A stretch of 64,000 nucleotides of DNA from Promethearchaeota archaeon (GCA_019058445.1 JAHPZA010000009.1:518310-582309), one strand, 5' to 3'. Counted from the stretch's first letter, positions 1 to 10,984 are shown. The notes: generated by a model not told the origin, from the letters alone. A program made the numbers and translations.

Positions 1-411
1 CTTATGTTCTATTAGCTTTTCTTTAGAAGCTGTGATATCCTTTAAATCAGTAATTTGAATTTGGGAAATCATTACTGATTTAATTTTTTCTGCATGGAAT
101 CCACCATGTTTTCTTGCAAACTTTGCCGCATTGGATGCAGCCGCAACAACTGAGGGTTCCTCTATGACCATAGGAATTAAGTAATCTTTATTATTAATTT
201 TAAAATTACATGCTATACCTAGAGGTAATTGATAACTTCCTATAACATTCTCAATTAATGTATCCAGTTGAGAAGGTTTGAAATAACCAAAATTTTGCAA
301 TAGGGCAAGATCTTCTTCACTTAAATCAACGGCCCCAGCAACAACTTTTAGACGTTCTTCTATAGGAAGCTTATAAAAGCCAGATATGGCTGAATTGATT
401 TCTTTTTTCAT
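1..411 (-). CDS. hmgA: Hydroxymethylglutaryl-CoA reductase (class II-like), N-terminal part; runs off the window edge
   Basis: Manual translation from ATG at 411: MKKEINSAISGFYKLPIEERL...IENVIG...LPLGIA.NF.IN.KDY.IPMVIEEPSVVAAASNAAK. ENVIG and EEPSVVAA are HMGR signatures. Adjacent to HMG-CoA synthase. Confidence 0.93.
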   Translation of the reverse strand, partial: MKKEINSAISGFYKLPIEERLKVVAGAVDLSEEDLALLQNFGYFKPSQLDTLIENVIGSYQLPLGIACNFKINNKDYLIPMVIEEPSVVAAASNAAKFARKHGGFHAEKIKSVMISQIQITDLKDITASKEKLIEHK

Positions 412-546
412 AATATTTCATTTAAATTAGTATCTTAATTAAATTGAATAATAAATCTATTGGAAATCTTTTAAAATGATGAATAAACCATTGAAACTTT
501 TAAAAAAAAGGATTTGATCCAAACACATTCCTCGTATAAGTGAAAT

Positions 547-2175
547 CTAATATATATTTTGAATAGGGATATAGATTGGAACCCAATTTAACAATCCCAT
601 TGCATTGAAATCTTTTTCTTCCTTATTCTCAACTCTTCTTACTTCATATTCCAGGGAATTTCCCTTTCTTACGTTCCAGGCAACTCTTACTAAGCCTTTA
701 TTTAGATAGCTCAAATCATTTGTATTAGGATATACAATTGGGTTTGATTCAAGAGTTGCAAAAAGAGGAAAAAACCTCTCATGAAAGCCAGAATGTCCTT
801 TAGGACAATAGTTTAATCCTTTTTTATTTGGGATAATACATCCTTCATCACAAAAATGGAGTGTAAAACCTCGCTCTTCATTTAATTTATGTTCGCTAAT
901 ACGCCCTAATAAGGATCTCATTTCCACAGTTCCGCTTTTTATTTGTTCATATTCTTGAACGCTTTTCCTTTCTTTAAATTTGATGTAATCATTGATCTTG
1001 GGCCCATATCTTAGAACACTTTTGAATTGAGGTCTCACTTTTAATAGTCCAGAAATACATGTCGCACCAGAGCCATAAGAACCAAAATAAATCGTATCAT
1101 GAGGATTAGCATGGTTTTCGAGAATGAATTGGATTTGAGACCATACAGCAGCATTATACATGTTTCCAAAATGCATTGGAACTCTCAACTGGGGCAAAAC
1201 TCGTTCTTTTACATTTGTGTTTATCCAGTGTGCCCAGTTTTCTAATCTATCAGAAGAAAATCCTTTTTCTTTTAATTTTAAATAAATAAATTCTGGTAGG
1301 AGGGTTACATCATGAAGAAAGTAGTCTATTTTTTTTAATAAAGACGATTTCAAATCGTTTCTATTGATTTTAGGCAGATCATTTATGTTTTTTATCCAGC
1401 GTTTTTGGATTATGTATTGCATGGCTTTAAGTGGAAGTTTTGAAAAAGGGGCATGAAATGTGTAATAGTCAGCATAAAAATCTCCAATATGTCTAATTAA
1501 ATCGTCATATGCTCCCAATTGAAAGTTGATGTATGCATCAACCGAATAATGTCCAAAAACCTTCGCATTTTTTTCATTTGCAGGTCGATAAAAGTCATTA
1601 ATATCTCCTGAAATCATCCCAAACTTTTTACTAAAGGTCGCAATGCGTGGATTCTTAGAAATAATAAAAGCTATCGCCCCAGAACCCTGTGTAGGCTCAG
1701 AAGGAGTTCCCAAATGATAGGAAGATATGTCTGCACTTATTACGAGCGCCTTATTTATGATATCTCTCTCAATTAAACCAATTGCATTAAGTATTGCTAA
1801 AGTTCCTCCGGCACATGCATTATAAATATCTTGAGTTAAGATATTTTTTTGCAATCCTAACATTTCGGCAAAAATATTAGACACCGATTTAACGGCATAA
1901 GTGATCGTTTCTGTACCTACAAAAACAGCGTCAATTTCTTTGGGATTAATGTGTCCTCTATTCAGAGCATTATACGCCGCTTTTAATCCAATCGAGATGA
2001 TATCTTCATCGACTTCAGGTAATCTCATTTCTTTTAATAGTAAGCCTTTCCTATACTTGTTTGGATCAACATCTCTTTCTTTGGCAAGTTCTGTAATATC
2101 GACGAAATGTCTGGGCGCATGAAAACTTATTGAGTCAATTCCAATGTTTGTGAAAAGATAATCGTCAGAAATCAT
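547..2175 (-). CDS. mvaS: Hydroxymethylglutaryl-CoA synthase with C-terminal Zn-ribbon/OB-fold (DUF35-like) extension
   Basis: Thiolase-fold HMGS motifs: GTE, YNACAGGT (catalytic Cys), EPTQGSGA, FHAPFSK, GNMYNA, SYGSG. About 130 extra C-terminal residues contain FCDEGC...CPKGH. Confidence 0.9.
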   Translation of the reverse strand: MISDDYLFTNIGIDSISFHAPRHFVDITELAKERDVDPNKYRKGLLLKEMRLPEVDEDIISIGLKAAYNALNRGHINPKEIDAVFVGTETITYAVKSVSNIFAEMLGLQKNILTQDIYNACAGGTLAILNAIGLIERDIINKALVISADISSYHLGTPSEPTQGSGAIAFIISKNPRIATFSKKFGMISGDINDFYRPANEKNAKVFGHYSVDAYINFQLGAYDDLIRHIGDFYADYYTFHAPFSKLPLKAMQYIIQKRWIKNINDLPKINRNDLKSSLLKKIDYFLHDVTLLPEFIYLKLKEKGFSSDRLENWAHWINTNVKERVLPQLRVPMHFGNMYNAAVWSQIQFILENHANPHDTIYFGSYGSGATCISGLLKVRPQFKSVLRYGPKINDYIKFKERKSVQEYEQIKSGTVEMRSLLGRISEHKLNEERGFTLHFCDEGCIIPNKKGLNYCPKGHSGFHERFFPLFATLESNPIVYPNTNDLSYLNKGLVRVAWNVRKGNSLEYEVRRVENKEEKDFNAMGLLNWVPIYIPIQNIY

Positions 2176-2602
2176 AATTTCTCTCCCATTTTTTATATGA
2201 AAATTTTATTTTAAATAGTTGTTTAATTAATTAGATATGTATTTTAATAGCAATTATTAATTAGTAAACTTTTTGTTTAAGACAGTTTTTCAAATTTTTA
2301 GTTTGAAATTATTAAGTAAAACTGAGTTATAAAGGTTTTCTTCACGATTTCCAACGAAAAATCGATTAAATGTTTTAAAACGATTAATTAATTAAAGTTC
2401 GTAATTCAAAATCATGTAATATCAATGTTTATTCGCTATTCAGAAAATAAACAGCATTGGAAAAAATAAGTTAGATAATTAGAAAAATAATGTTGAGAGC
2501 ATTTTGGTAATAATTAAACATAAATATTATATATATTTTAATCTAATTAAGATTACATACTAATAAACTCTGAAAAATCGTAATTTTTTTTGGTGTTGAA
2601 AA

Positions 2603-3400
2603 ATACAAAAATTAAAAAAACAGAAACATATTGAAACGGATAAAGACAAAAATAGCACAGAAAGAGAAGAAAAGCTCAGAGAATTAAAAGAAAATTATAA
2701 AGATAAGATTCCACGACACATCGGCTTGACTCCAGATGGAAATCGTCGTTGGAGTCGTAGAGAAGGAGTTAGTACAAATGTGGGTCACTATCGCGGTTAT
2801 GAAGTAGTAAAAAAAATCCTTATTGCATGTTTTAATGCTGGTATAAAGTATTTATCATTGTATGCCCTATCTCTTGAAAATGCTCGAAAGCGATCTCCTG
2901 AAGAGTTAAAATACATTTATAAAATCATTAAACTCGCTGTAGATACTGTTAAAAACGAGCCAATTGTTACAAATGAAAAAGTTAAGTTCAACGTAATTGG
3001 AAGATTAGAGTTATTGCCTCAAGATGTGCGTGACAAAATTGACGAGCTACTCGATTATACTAAAGATTTTGATGGAGCTTTTGTAAATGTTTTAATAATG
3101 TATGATGGACAAGCTGAGATTGTCGATGCCATGAAAAAAATAATTAATGATAAGGTTGATCCTGACAAAATTGACCGAAAATTAATAAAGAAATATCTAT
3201 ATACAAAAGATTTTCCAGAGCTTGATTTTCTCATAAGAACTGGCATGTCTGATGGAGCACGTATCTCAGGATTTCTTTTATGGGATGCTTCTTATGCTGA
3301 ATTCAAATTTAGAAATGAATTTTGGCCTGAATATAGTGAAGATTTGTTAATTGAAGATATCCACGATTTCATTAATAGGAATCGAAGGAAAGGGAAATAA
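2603..3400 (+). CDS. uppS: cis-prenyltransferase (undecaprenyl/polyprenyl diphosphate synthase)
   Basis: IPRHIG(L)TPDGNRRW, YALSLEN, IRTG..DGARISGFLLWD..YAE, C-terminal RRKGK. The ORF-track start (TTG 2726) lies inside the conserved HIG..DGNRRW motif. The frame is open upstream to ATA 2603, which has GGTG 7 nt before it. Confidence 0.9.
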   Translation: MQKLKKQKHIETDKDKNSTEREEKLRELKENYKDKIPRHIGLTPDGNRRWSRREGVSTNVGHYRGYEVVKKILIACFNAGIKYLSLYALSLENARKRSPEELKYIYKIIKLAVDTVKNEPIVTNEKVKFNVIGRLELLPQDVRDKIDELLDYTKDFDGAFVNVLIMYDGQAEIVDAMKKIINDKVDPDKIDRKLIKKYLYTKDFPELDFLIRTGMSDGARISGFLLWDASYAEFKFRNEFWPEYSEDLLIEDIHDFINRNRRKGK

Positions 3401-3468
3401 TTTTACTTTCTAATTTTCGTCTATTTTTCTAAAATTATCATTTATCATCCTTTTTCTATTTAACAAGG

Positions 3469-3512
3469 ATTTAAAAAAAGGGAAACTATTATTTAAAAAA
3501 AGGGAAATTATT
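3469..3512. repeat. 22-bp tandem direct duplication in an intergenic/promoter region
   Basis: ATTTAAAAAAAGGGAAACTATT (3469-3490) followed by ATTTAAAAAAAGGGAAATTATT (3491-3512). Confidence 0.8.
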
Positions 3513-3569
3513 ATTTCCAGAATACTTTTCAAAAATATACAAATATTAGTCAAAACATAATTCGTTATA

Positions 3570-5477
3570 ATGACAATATCAGATCAAAGTAAGGCAATTT
3601 CAATAACATTTACTAGATTCCCGCAGAATTTATTGATCCCTGCTATTGATAATATCATTTCTTTTCAAGCAATTAATTATTTCAATAATAAAGAGAGGTT
3701 TAAATTTGATATTGAAGGGGAAAATCTTACTGCTACAATCCCTAAAGAATTAGAAGAAGAAATCCATTTTGAGCCTGGAGAAACGAAAAACTTTGAAATT
3801 AATTTAATTCCTACTTTAGATGGATATGGCAAGCTTTCCCTAAATGTTAATTGGCTAAAACGTGTAGAATATACAGTAAAAGTGAAAAAAGTTAGGGAGC
3901 AAGTTTCAAAAAGCAAATCGAAAAAAATTTTTGGAAAATTTGCTGTGAAATTTCCTAAGGAAGCAAATGAATTCAATGCAGAGAATTTTATTTTAGAATT
4001 TTCACCTAAAGAGATTAAACAAGCTGAAAAACAATTTGAGTCAAAAAAGAAAAAGTATAATGAGTATCTAAAGCATAAGCAAGCGTGGGAAGAGAAAAAA
4101 TCACAAGGTGCGAAAGAATCCAAACCAATCCCAGAAGTAACAATAGAAGATATCGATAAGGATATGAGCTTGTTAGCAAGAGGATACCTTTCAAATAAAG
4201 ATCCTATGAAAGCGTTAGAGCTAGCATTAGGAATTTCTGATGAAAATTATAAGATCAATCTTTACTTTAATTTAATACGAGCATTTGGATTCATTGATTT
4301 AGACAAGACTATTGAAATCGTTAAAAATTTAACTCAAAATGATAAGAAGACTGAATTAATCAAAGATTTAGCTTTTGATCAAATTAAAATCAATCCAGAA
4401 CAAGCACCTAGAATTGCGTTTTTAATTGAAGATCTTTCCCAAAGAGAACAGCTTATAATTGATGTCATTGGAAAAATAATCGAAATTGAACCAGATGTCG
4501 CATTGAAAGTTTCTCAGCTTATTAATAATGAGTTAACCAGAATTAAAATCCAATTTAATATAATACGGATAATCTATGAGAAAGATAATTTAAAAGCAAT
4601 TGAAATTTTAAAACAAATTATTAATAATCTTGAGAAGTCTTCGAATTTGAATTTAGCTGATAATAATTTTGACAATCCTGGATATGAATTTTATAAAAAT
4701 TCAGTACACTTACTCGCAGAAATAGATTCAACTCAAGCAGCGGATAATCTACTAATTAGTTTTAGCTTAAGAGAAGTAAAAGATAAGATTGCGGAGGACT
4801 TATTTGATATTATTTATGAAATGGTGGATGAAACAAAAATCAGATTCGATCCTTTTCCTGTATTTTCTCAATATTATTTATTCAATACCTATGCTTCAAG
4901 TATTAATGAGGATATCAAAAGTTTTTCGAGTATAGGGGGAAATATTAGTAATAACGTTTTATTAAAAGATTTTAATTTTTCTGTTGTGTTACTTTCCTTA
5001 TTTGGTTATGATTTTAGTATTTTTCCTCTGGTTGACAGAGTTTATGCCGATTTAAAGTTTAATAATAATAAGTCCATTGCGTATTACATTTTTCCCTCAA
5101 AAGAAAACCATAATCAAAGTGAATTGAAATCTATTAACACATCTTTAAATCAATTTGGAATGGTATCTCATCTTAATAATGCTAAAAATGAAATTTTGAT
5201 ATTAAATTTAGATTTCATCCCCTATCTTGGAAAACCAACAATAATATTAGCCGCAGATTCAGAATTAACTAAATCACTCCAAAGCAAAGTTATCAATTCA
5301 TTAGAAAATAATGTTAATCTCAAGATTGACGAAGCACTATTTAAGGGAGGGAAAACGGAAGAATTTTTAAAACAAATTTTCTCAGGAAGTAATTTTAAAT
5401 TTGTCAATTTACTTATGTCTTATGAATTCATTAACAATTATGAGCTGTTTAAAAACTTTATATTATCATTATTTTAA
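3570..5477 (+). CDS. Hypothetical protein: Ig-like beta N-terminus, coiled segment and alpha-helical (TPR/HEAT-like) repeats
   Basis: 635-aa ORF with 'FEPGETKNFEINLIPT' (CARDB/Ig-like) and repeated 'PEQAPRIAFLIED / PDVALKVSQLINN' helical hairpins. Confidence 0.6.
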   Translation: MTISDQSKAISITFTRFPQNLLIPAIDNIISFQAINYFNNKERFKFDIEGENLTATIPKELEEEIHFEPGETKNFEINLIPTLDGYGKLSLNVNWLKRVEYTVKVKKVREQVSKSKSKKIFGKFAVKFPKEANEFNAENFILEFSPKEIKQAEKQFESKKKKYNEYLKHKQAWEEKKSQGAKESKPIPEVTIEDIDKDMSLLARGYLSNKDPMKALELALGISDENYKINLYFNLIRAFGFIDLDKTIEIVKNLTQNDKKTELIKDLAFDQIKINPEQAPRIAFLIEDLSQREQLIIDVIGKIIEIEPDVALKVSQLINNELTRIKIQFNIIRIIYEKDNLKAIEILKQIINNLEKSSNLNLADNNFDNPGYEFYKNSVHLLAEIDSTQAADNLLISFSLREVKDKIAEDLFDIIYEMVDETKIRFDPFPVFSQYYLFNTYASSINEDIKSFSSIGGNISNNVLLKDFNFSVVLLSLFGYDFSIFPLVDRVYADLKFNNNKSIAYYIFPSKENHNQSELKSINTSLNQFGMVSHLNNAKNEILILNLDFIPYLGKPTIILAADSELTKSLQSKVINSLENNVNLKIDEALFKGGKTEEFLKQIFSGSNFKFVNLLMSYEFINNYELFKNFILSLF

Positions 5478-5558
5478 GATTCACTAAAACAAAAAGTATT
5501 ATTAAATTATAATTTATGAAAAAATATATAGGATTTTTAAAAAAAAGAGATCATTTAA

Positions 5559-7235
5559 ATGGCAAAAGACAAGAAAAAGAAGAAGAAGGGGAAAAAGAAA
5601 AAGAAAGGGAATATTGAATATAGTACTAGTAGCTCTACACTGGACTATGCAACTACTGAAGTTTCAGGAATTTCAGCGGGGAATGCAATAGATCGGTCTA
5701 ATGATAATTTATTCATTGGCACAGATTATAGAGAGGTTTTCAGTTGGCAATATGAAAGAACTTGGCCAGAAATTCTCGGAGATCTATCACGATGGCATTA
5801 TATGCCCTTTTCATTAGGACTTGAATTGGAATTAATATTGGCGTATAATGATGGTTCTTATCCTGACGGGGCAGAAATGGTGCATATCATGAAAGAAAGT
5901 ATCCGAGACGCCATAAAAATAATGGATCAAATTCTTTACGAGGGTAGGAGCGATTTTCCTCCAGTTCCTCAGTATATTGTTCAGAAAGTTTTAGCTAGAC
6001 CATACTTTCGTGAGGATAAAGAAAAAGGAGGAGTAATGGTAATTCGATATAAATTACCTGATGGGCAAACCCAGGACTATGTAGATGTAGACAGTTTTGC
6101 GAGAGATGGGAATGCGACTGCTGTCACTTATATCTTAGAGCTCGTAAGTCCTCCCTGTGAATATGTTGAAGAATTAGCCTTTTGGGCCTCAACGCTCTTC
6201 CAATTGGCAAAAATTATACTACCTAAAGATGTTCATATAATTGCAAGTGGGATAAATCCAGCAGCTAAAGAATATATGCGAGGTTTAACTCAAGCTACGC
6301 ATGTACATATAGGAGGTTTTAGCAGTGACACTGAAAAAGCACAAGTCTATAGCATGATACGGAATTTCATCCCGCACTTAATAGCTTTATCCGTGAATTC
6401 ACCAATATTTAATAATAATCCCACAGACGTAATTAAAATAATAAATAATCGGATCACCGCCCCAAATTGTATTAGATCATTGCGTTTACACTATAATTCA
6501 AGTATGTTATCGAGCAACGAACCTCAAACGTTCTTACCTTATTTAACCAATACTGATCAGGACTCAGCAAATTATTTTCTTCAAACAATACAAAAAGCAA
6601 GTTTAGAGGATGGTAGAATGCAAGATCTAACTCCTTTTTCAAGACATGTAACCGTTGAATTTAGACCAATGGATGCTCAACTATCTATATGCCGAAATAT
6701 TGGATTGGCATTATTAGTTCAAACATTAGCTTATAAGGCAAGAAAGTTATTGCAACGAGGCACATGGGTACCAGATGCCGGATCGGCTACAATTTCTGGG
6801 AATAGAAAAGGCGCATATGAAAGAGGGTTGATTTCGTTATTTAGACCCTCTAACATAGATCGTGCCACTTTAGCTCAATATGATCCAGATTTTGCTGAAC
6901 AATATTTAGGCCCCGAAAATCAACCAAATCGGTATATGACCCATGCTGTACAAAGAATGTTTTTTTATTTGAAACCAGAGTTAATTGAACTTGATTATCT
7001 TTATACTCCATTTTTAAAACCACTTTTAATGAGTGTTTTTGGTGAGATTTCATATGCTTTAGCACCAATGACAGAAGCAGATTATCAATTATCCTTATAT
7101 GATTATAAGATTAAAGAGGGATTAATTCCAGATGTCTTACATGATTTAATTTATTTCACATTAGAATATAGTAAGGATCCTATAAGCCATCCTTTAACTG
7201 GAAATCTAACACTTCCAAAAGAAATGAGAGAATAA
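5559..7235 (+). CDS. Glutamate-cysteine ligase family 2 (GCS2/YbdK-like) carboxylate-amine ligase with a Lys-rich N-terminus
   Basis: SLGLELELIL, ELVSPPC, ASGINP, HVHIG, LIALSVNSP and TVEFRPMDAQ are GCS2 motifs. Confidence 0.8.
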   Translation: MAKDKKKKKKGKKKKKGNIEYSTSSSTLDYATTEVSGISAGNAIDRSNDNLFIGTDYREVFSWQYERTWPEILGDLSRWHYMPFSLGLELELILAYNDGSYPDGAEMVHIMKESIRDAIKIMDQILYEGRSDFPPVPQYIVQKVLARPYFREDKEKGGVMVIRYKLPDGQTQDYVDVDSFARDGNATAVTYILELVSPPCEYVEELAFWASTLFQLAKIILPKDVHIIASGINPAAKEYMRGLTQATHVHIGGFSSDTEKAQVYSMIRNFIPHLIALSVNSPIFNNNPTDVIKIINNRITAPNCIRSLRLHYNSSMLSSNEPQTFLPYLTNTDQDSANYFLQTIQKASLEDGRMQDLTPFSRHVTVEFRPMDAQLSICRNIGLALLVQTLAYKARKLLQRGTWVPDAGSATISGNRKGAYERGLISLFRPSNIDRATLAQYDPDFAEQYLGPENQPNRYMTHAVQRMFFYLKPELIELDYLYTPFLKPLLMSVFGEISYALAPMTEADYQLSLYDYKIKEGLIPDVLHDLIYFTLEYSKDPISHPLTGNLTLPKEMRE

Positions 7236-7237
7236 TT

Positions 7238-8782
7238 ATGCTTACTGCAACAATAGAACAAAATGGAAAGAAATGGGTTGAGAATCTACTTGTAATTGAT
7301 GCCCATTCTCATTTAGGTCAAGATGTAGATGGTGCGACTATGATGAATCCCCTTGCCCCCGGATCTGGCACCTTTGATTTCTGGGGAAATGTGCAAGGAA
7401 AAATAAAAACAGATTGGGAAAAAACTGGAGAACAATCCTTTATGACTATAATAAATGGAATCAATACGAAAATCTCATGGTCGTTCACACCTTTTCCTTT
7501 TACAGATAAATTATACAGCGCTTTAGAAAAACTAAAGCAAAGACACTCTGATTTAAAAGAAAAATCTAAATTTTACAGCTTCATTGATCAAGGTGTTTGC
7601 TTCCCCTTTCAAGATGTATTTCGCGATAAACAGCCAGAAGCTTTATATAGAGCAAGCAATATAAATGTCTCACGTTTTACAACTCGTTTCCCTTTTTCTA
7701 TGAAATTAGTGGGTTATGGGCGCTGTGATCCTATGGAGGGTCAGAAAGCAGTGAATGAAGTAAAATGTATGAGAGAATTAGGGTTGCGAGGTTTAAAATT
7801 GCACCCTCGTTCAGAAGGATGGATTGATAATATTTATTCTGAACCCGCAATTAATGTACTACTTGAAGCAGCTAAATATTCCATGCCTGTCATTTTTGAT
7901 ACGAGGGGTAAAGGTTCTATATTAAGTATTGGTAAATTAATCAATCAAACTCGAAATATTTTGAGAACGAAATCCCCTGATTTACTGCCCCACTTTAAGG
8001 TTATTATTGCACATTTTGCTCAAGGAAATATCGGAGATCATGAAGTGTATAATACGATTGTTCAACCAAATACATATGGAGATCTTTCTATGCTTCATGG
8101 TGAAGGAGCAGGTAATTTTTTCAAGGATTTTCGACAATGGTTTAAAAACAATAATAAAATAACTGTCGATGGTCGAGATTGGTCAGAATATGTTCTTTTT
8201 GCATCTGATTATCCATATTTTGGAGATGTGCATGCTGAGAAATTGATGATCTATATTATAAACAAACAATTTTTTGATAATGGTGGTACGATTCAAGATA
8301 CTAAAAACATTCTTGGATTAAACCAGATCAAGATATTACCTGAATATAATCTTCCTCAAATAAAAAAGGATGCCAAGAGATTACCAAGTATACTGATATC
8401 TAATCCTAACTTTCAGCAAGATAACAGCACTGCATATAATACCGCAGTGGAAGCAATAGCTAAACTAATTACTGATGCGAAAATTGATATAAAGAGATTT
8501 TGCATTCAATTTAAAGAAAATTGGAGGCAATTTAGTGATGACTTGTTCATAACTACGATAAAAAATAGCACTAAGGAAGAAATTCCACTCTATTTTACGA
8601 ACATTGTTGAAGATCAATCTATATCACTTATAGCACCCCTACATCCGAATACAGAATGGAAAAAATTTGGCTATAAATATTTCGATCCAGAGGATCGAGC
8701 ATTCTTTGCTTCTTTATTTAAACAAACATATTTAGCTACTGATGTGAATAAGGCAATTGAAGTATTATCTCATGTTTTTTAA
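7238..8782 (+). CDS. Amidohydrolase_2 family metal-dependent hydrolase
   Basis: IDAHSH, GLRGLKLHP, IIAHF, LFASDYPY. Starts 2 nt after the GCS2 gene, so probably an operon. Confidence 0.8.
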   Translation: MLTATIEQNGKKWVENLLVIDAHSHLGQDVDGATMMNPLAPGSGTFDFWGNVQGKIKTDWEKTGEQSFMTIINGINTKISWSFTPFPFTDKLYSALEKLKQRHSDLKEKSKFYSFIDQGVCFPFQDVFRDKQPEALYRASNINVSRFTTRFPFSMKLVGYGRCDPMEGQKAVNEVKCMRELGLRGLKLHPRSEGWIDNIYSEPAINVLLEAAKYSMPVIFDTRGKGSILSIGKLINQTRNILRTKSPDLLPHFKVIIAHFAQGNIGDHEVYNTIVQPNTYGDLSMLHGEGAGNFFKDFRQWFKNNNKITVDGRDWSEYVLFASDYPYFGDVHAEKLMIYIINKQFFDNGGTIQDTKNILGLNQIKILPEYNLPQIKKDAKRLPSILISNPNFQQDNSTAYNTAVEAIAKLITDAKIDIKRFCIQFKENWRQFSDDLFITTIKNSTKEEIPLYFTNIVEDQSISLIAPLHPNTEWKKFGYKYFDPEDRAFFASLFKQTYLATDVNKAIEVLSHVF

Positions 8783-8957
8783 TGTTAATTTATATTAATT
8801 TTAGTTTTTTACTACTCATTATATCATTCAATTGAAGTAGCCCTTGAGATTCTCCATTATTTTAAGGAAATAATTAAAAAAGATAAAACACTTAAATATG
8901 GATGTAATTATTATAATCAAAACAGTAAGTCAATAGATTAATCCATGTGATAGACAA

Positions 8958-10166
8958 TTGAAAGGAATAATGGTATTAGGTTTTAATGAGAATTTTGAAG
9001 CCTTCATTGAGGCGCAGTTTCCAAATGATCTTTCTGAAAGTTACAATTTGAAAGCATCTGATCTTATGAATATATACACACTTCATAGAATGGAGAAAAA
9101 TGGACCAAATTTTTTTCAAATGGAGATTAGAGAGTTTACAGTTGCTAGTTTTTTTACAGGTTTTTCTCTTAAGCATTATGTGGGACGTCCTGATTATGCC
9201 ATTACCATATTTTTTTCTAATGAGGAGATGACACAAGATTCATCTCTAATAGATTATGACTTTGAGGGTAAACTAAGGAAAATTGCTTATGATATATTAC
9301 CTAAAAGAGGAGAAACAAATTTTACTGGATTGCTCGAGGATTATTATGGAAAATTAGAAAATCAACAAATAGAACCTTATTGGGATGAATATAATGAAGA
9401 TGAAATTTCTAAATTCGTACCACTCCCAACTGAAGGAAGTAGTGATGAAATTACTACTGAAGTAAACCCGATTAACTTAGCGCATATGAATAATCCTCAA
9501 ACGAATGAAAATGATAAGGAACAGAATTATTATAAACTTGAAAATGAAGTATTAAAAACGGAAATTGAAAGTTTAGAAATGCTATTAAAAGAGAAAACTG
9601 AAAAAATCACGGAACTCTCCCAAAGTCAAAATATGTCTGAAGGTCCAGACACAGCAGATTGGAAATCTAAATATGAAAAACTCGAAGAATATAATCAAAT
9701 TTTAACTGAAAATGTTGATAAATTAACCGAACTGAACTCTAAATATGATGAAGAAATTAAGAGATTCACTAACAATAAAACTGAATTGCAAAAAAAAATG
9801 GATTCAAAGGAGACACTTATCAATGAATTAACAAGGAAGCTAGAAAAAACGACTAAAGAATTAGAGGGATGCAAAGAAAGCAAAGATGATGCTATTGAGT
9901 ACTATCAGGTCATGGAACTGTTAAAAAAAGAAAATAAGGAATTAATCCAAGAAAATCAAACGCTTAAAAAAGATAATGAAATTCACTTGGATAGTATTGC
10001 TGATTTAAAGCTTAAACTTAGAGATTTCAAAGAAAAAGCCTCTTCTGAAGGAAATGCTCAAGATAACCTCACAGAAGAGCTTATCGATTTGAAAAAAGAA
10101 ATAAAAGTGTTAAGGCGTGAAAGAGATCATTATAGAGCAATCATTAAGGAAAAAAATCTCCTCTAA
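8958..10166 (+). CDS. Longin/uDENN-like N-terminal domain plus long coiled coil
   Basis: N-terminal 'GIMVLGFNENFEAFIEAQFP' beta-beta-P pattern typical of uDENN/longin domains. About 200 aa of heptad-rich E/K/L C-terminus. Confidence 0.5.
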   Translation: MKGIMVLGFNENFEAFIEAQFPNDLSESYNLKASDLMNIYTLHRMEKNGPNFFQMEIREFTVASFFTGFSLKHYVGRPDYAITIFFSNEEMTQDSSLIDYDFEGKLRKIAYDILPKRGETNFTGLLEDYYGKLENQQIEPYWDEYNEDEISKFVPLPTEGSSDEITTEVNPINLAHMNNPQTNENDKEQNYYKLENEVLKTEIESLEMLLKEKTEKITELSQSQNMSEGPDTADWKSKYEKLEEYNQILTENVDKLTELNSKYDEEIKRFTNNKTELQKKMDSKETLINELTRKLEKTTKELEGCKESKDDAIEYYQVMELLKKENKELIQENQTLKKDNEIHLDSIADLKLKLRDFKEKASSEGNAQDNLTEELIDLKKEIKVLRRERDHYRAIIKEKNLL

Positions 10167-10392
10167 AGAAGTTATTATAATACTAGGTTTTTTACTTTAT
10201 TTTAAGCTTGAAGAATAATCATATTTCCCTTTTTTCCCTTGAAATTAGAACACAAGTTTCATATATACTAAAAACATAATTTTTTATAACTTAGTTTTCT
10301 ATTATTATTTAGTTTTACACAATAGTTTTAAAAGTAAAATTTTATATAATTATTATAAAAGATTATAAAATATTAAAAAAAGGTGTGTAAAA

Positions 10393-10848
10393 ACGTCAAT
10401 TGATACAAAATCATTCGATAACATACTCAGTAAGATTATTAAGTCAGAGAGCGGTATTAAAAAAGTGATTTTGGTTGATCGCACGGGATTAACCATCGCA
10501 AGTGTTTCAAAATTTTCCTATTTTCCAGCTGATGTAGACGGAATTGGTGCTATAGCCAGTGCTGTTTTCTGCGCATCTGAAGAACAAGGAAAAAACCTCG
10601 AGCTCGGTGATTTGGACATTGTGACAAGTGAATTCAGCGGAGGTAAGATTTTTGCTGCTGCGTGCGGATTTAAAGGTGTCCTATGCCTTATTAGTGATCC
10701 CGATATAAATATTGGGTTGATTAGACTTATATTAAAAAGATCTGGAGATGAACTTAAAGAAATATTAGATGAGTTCTTATCAGAAATTCCAGAAGCAATG
10801 GACAGCGGTCTTGATTTATCAGATCTTGATGAGTTGACCCCTGATTAA
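10393..10848 (+). CDS. Roadblock/LAMTOR2 (MglB-like) domain protein
   Basis: ILVDRTGLTIAS...GAIASAVF...LELGDL...NIGLIRL. The first roadblock helix (SIDTKSFDNILSKII) lies upstream of the ORF-track GTG at 10465. Probable start is ACG 10393 after AGGTG. Confidence 0.85.
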   Translation, partial: TSIDTKSFDNILSKIIKSESGIKKVILVDRTGLTIASVSKFSYFPADVDGIGAIASAVFCASEEQGKNLELGDLDIVTSEFSGGKIFAAACGFKGVLCLISDPDINIGLIRLILKRSGDELKEILDEFLSEIPEAMDSGLDLSDLDELTPD

Positions 10849-10984
10849 CTTCTAAATAGCATAATCTTTAATTTTCATACTTATTTTTGCCTAATTAGTA
10901 AATTTCATCATAATCAATTATATTACGTTAATTTTATAGATTTATTTTAGTAATTCTTTAACAATTGCCTATGGAAAAGAACTT

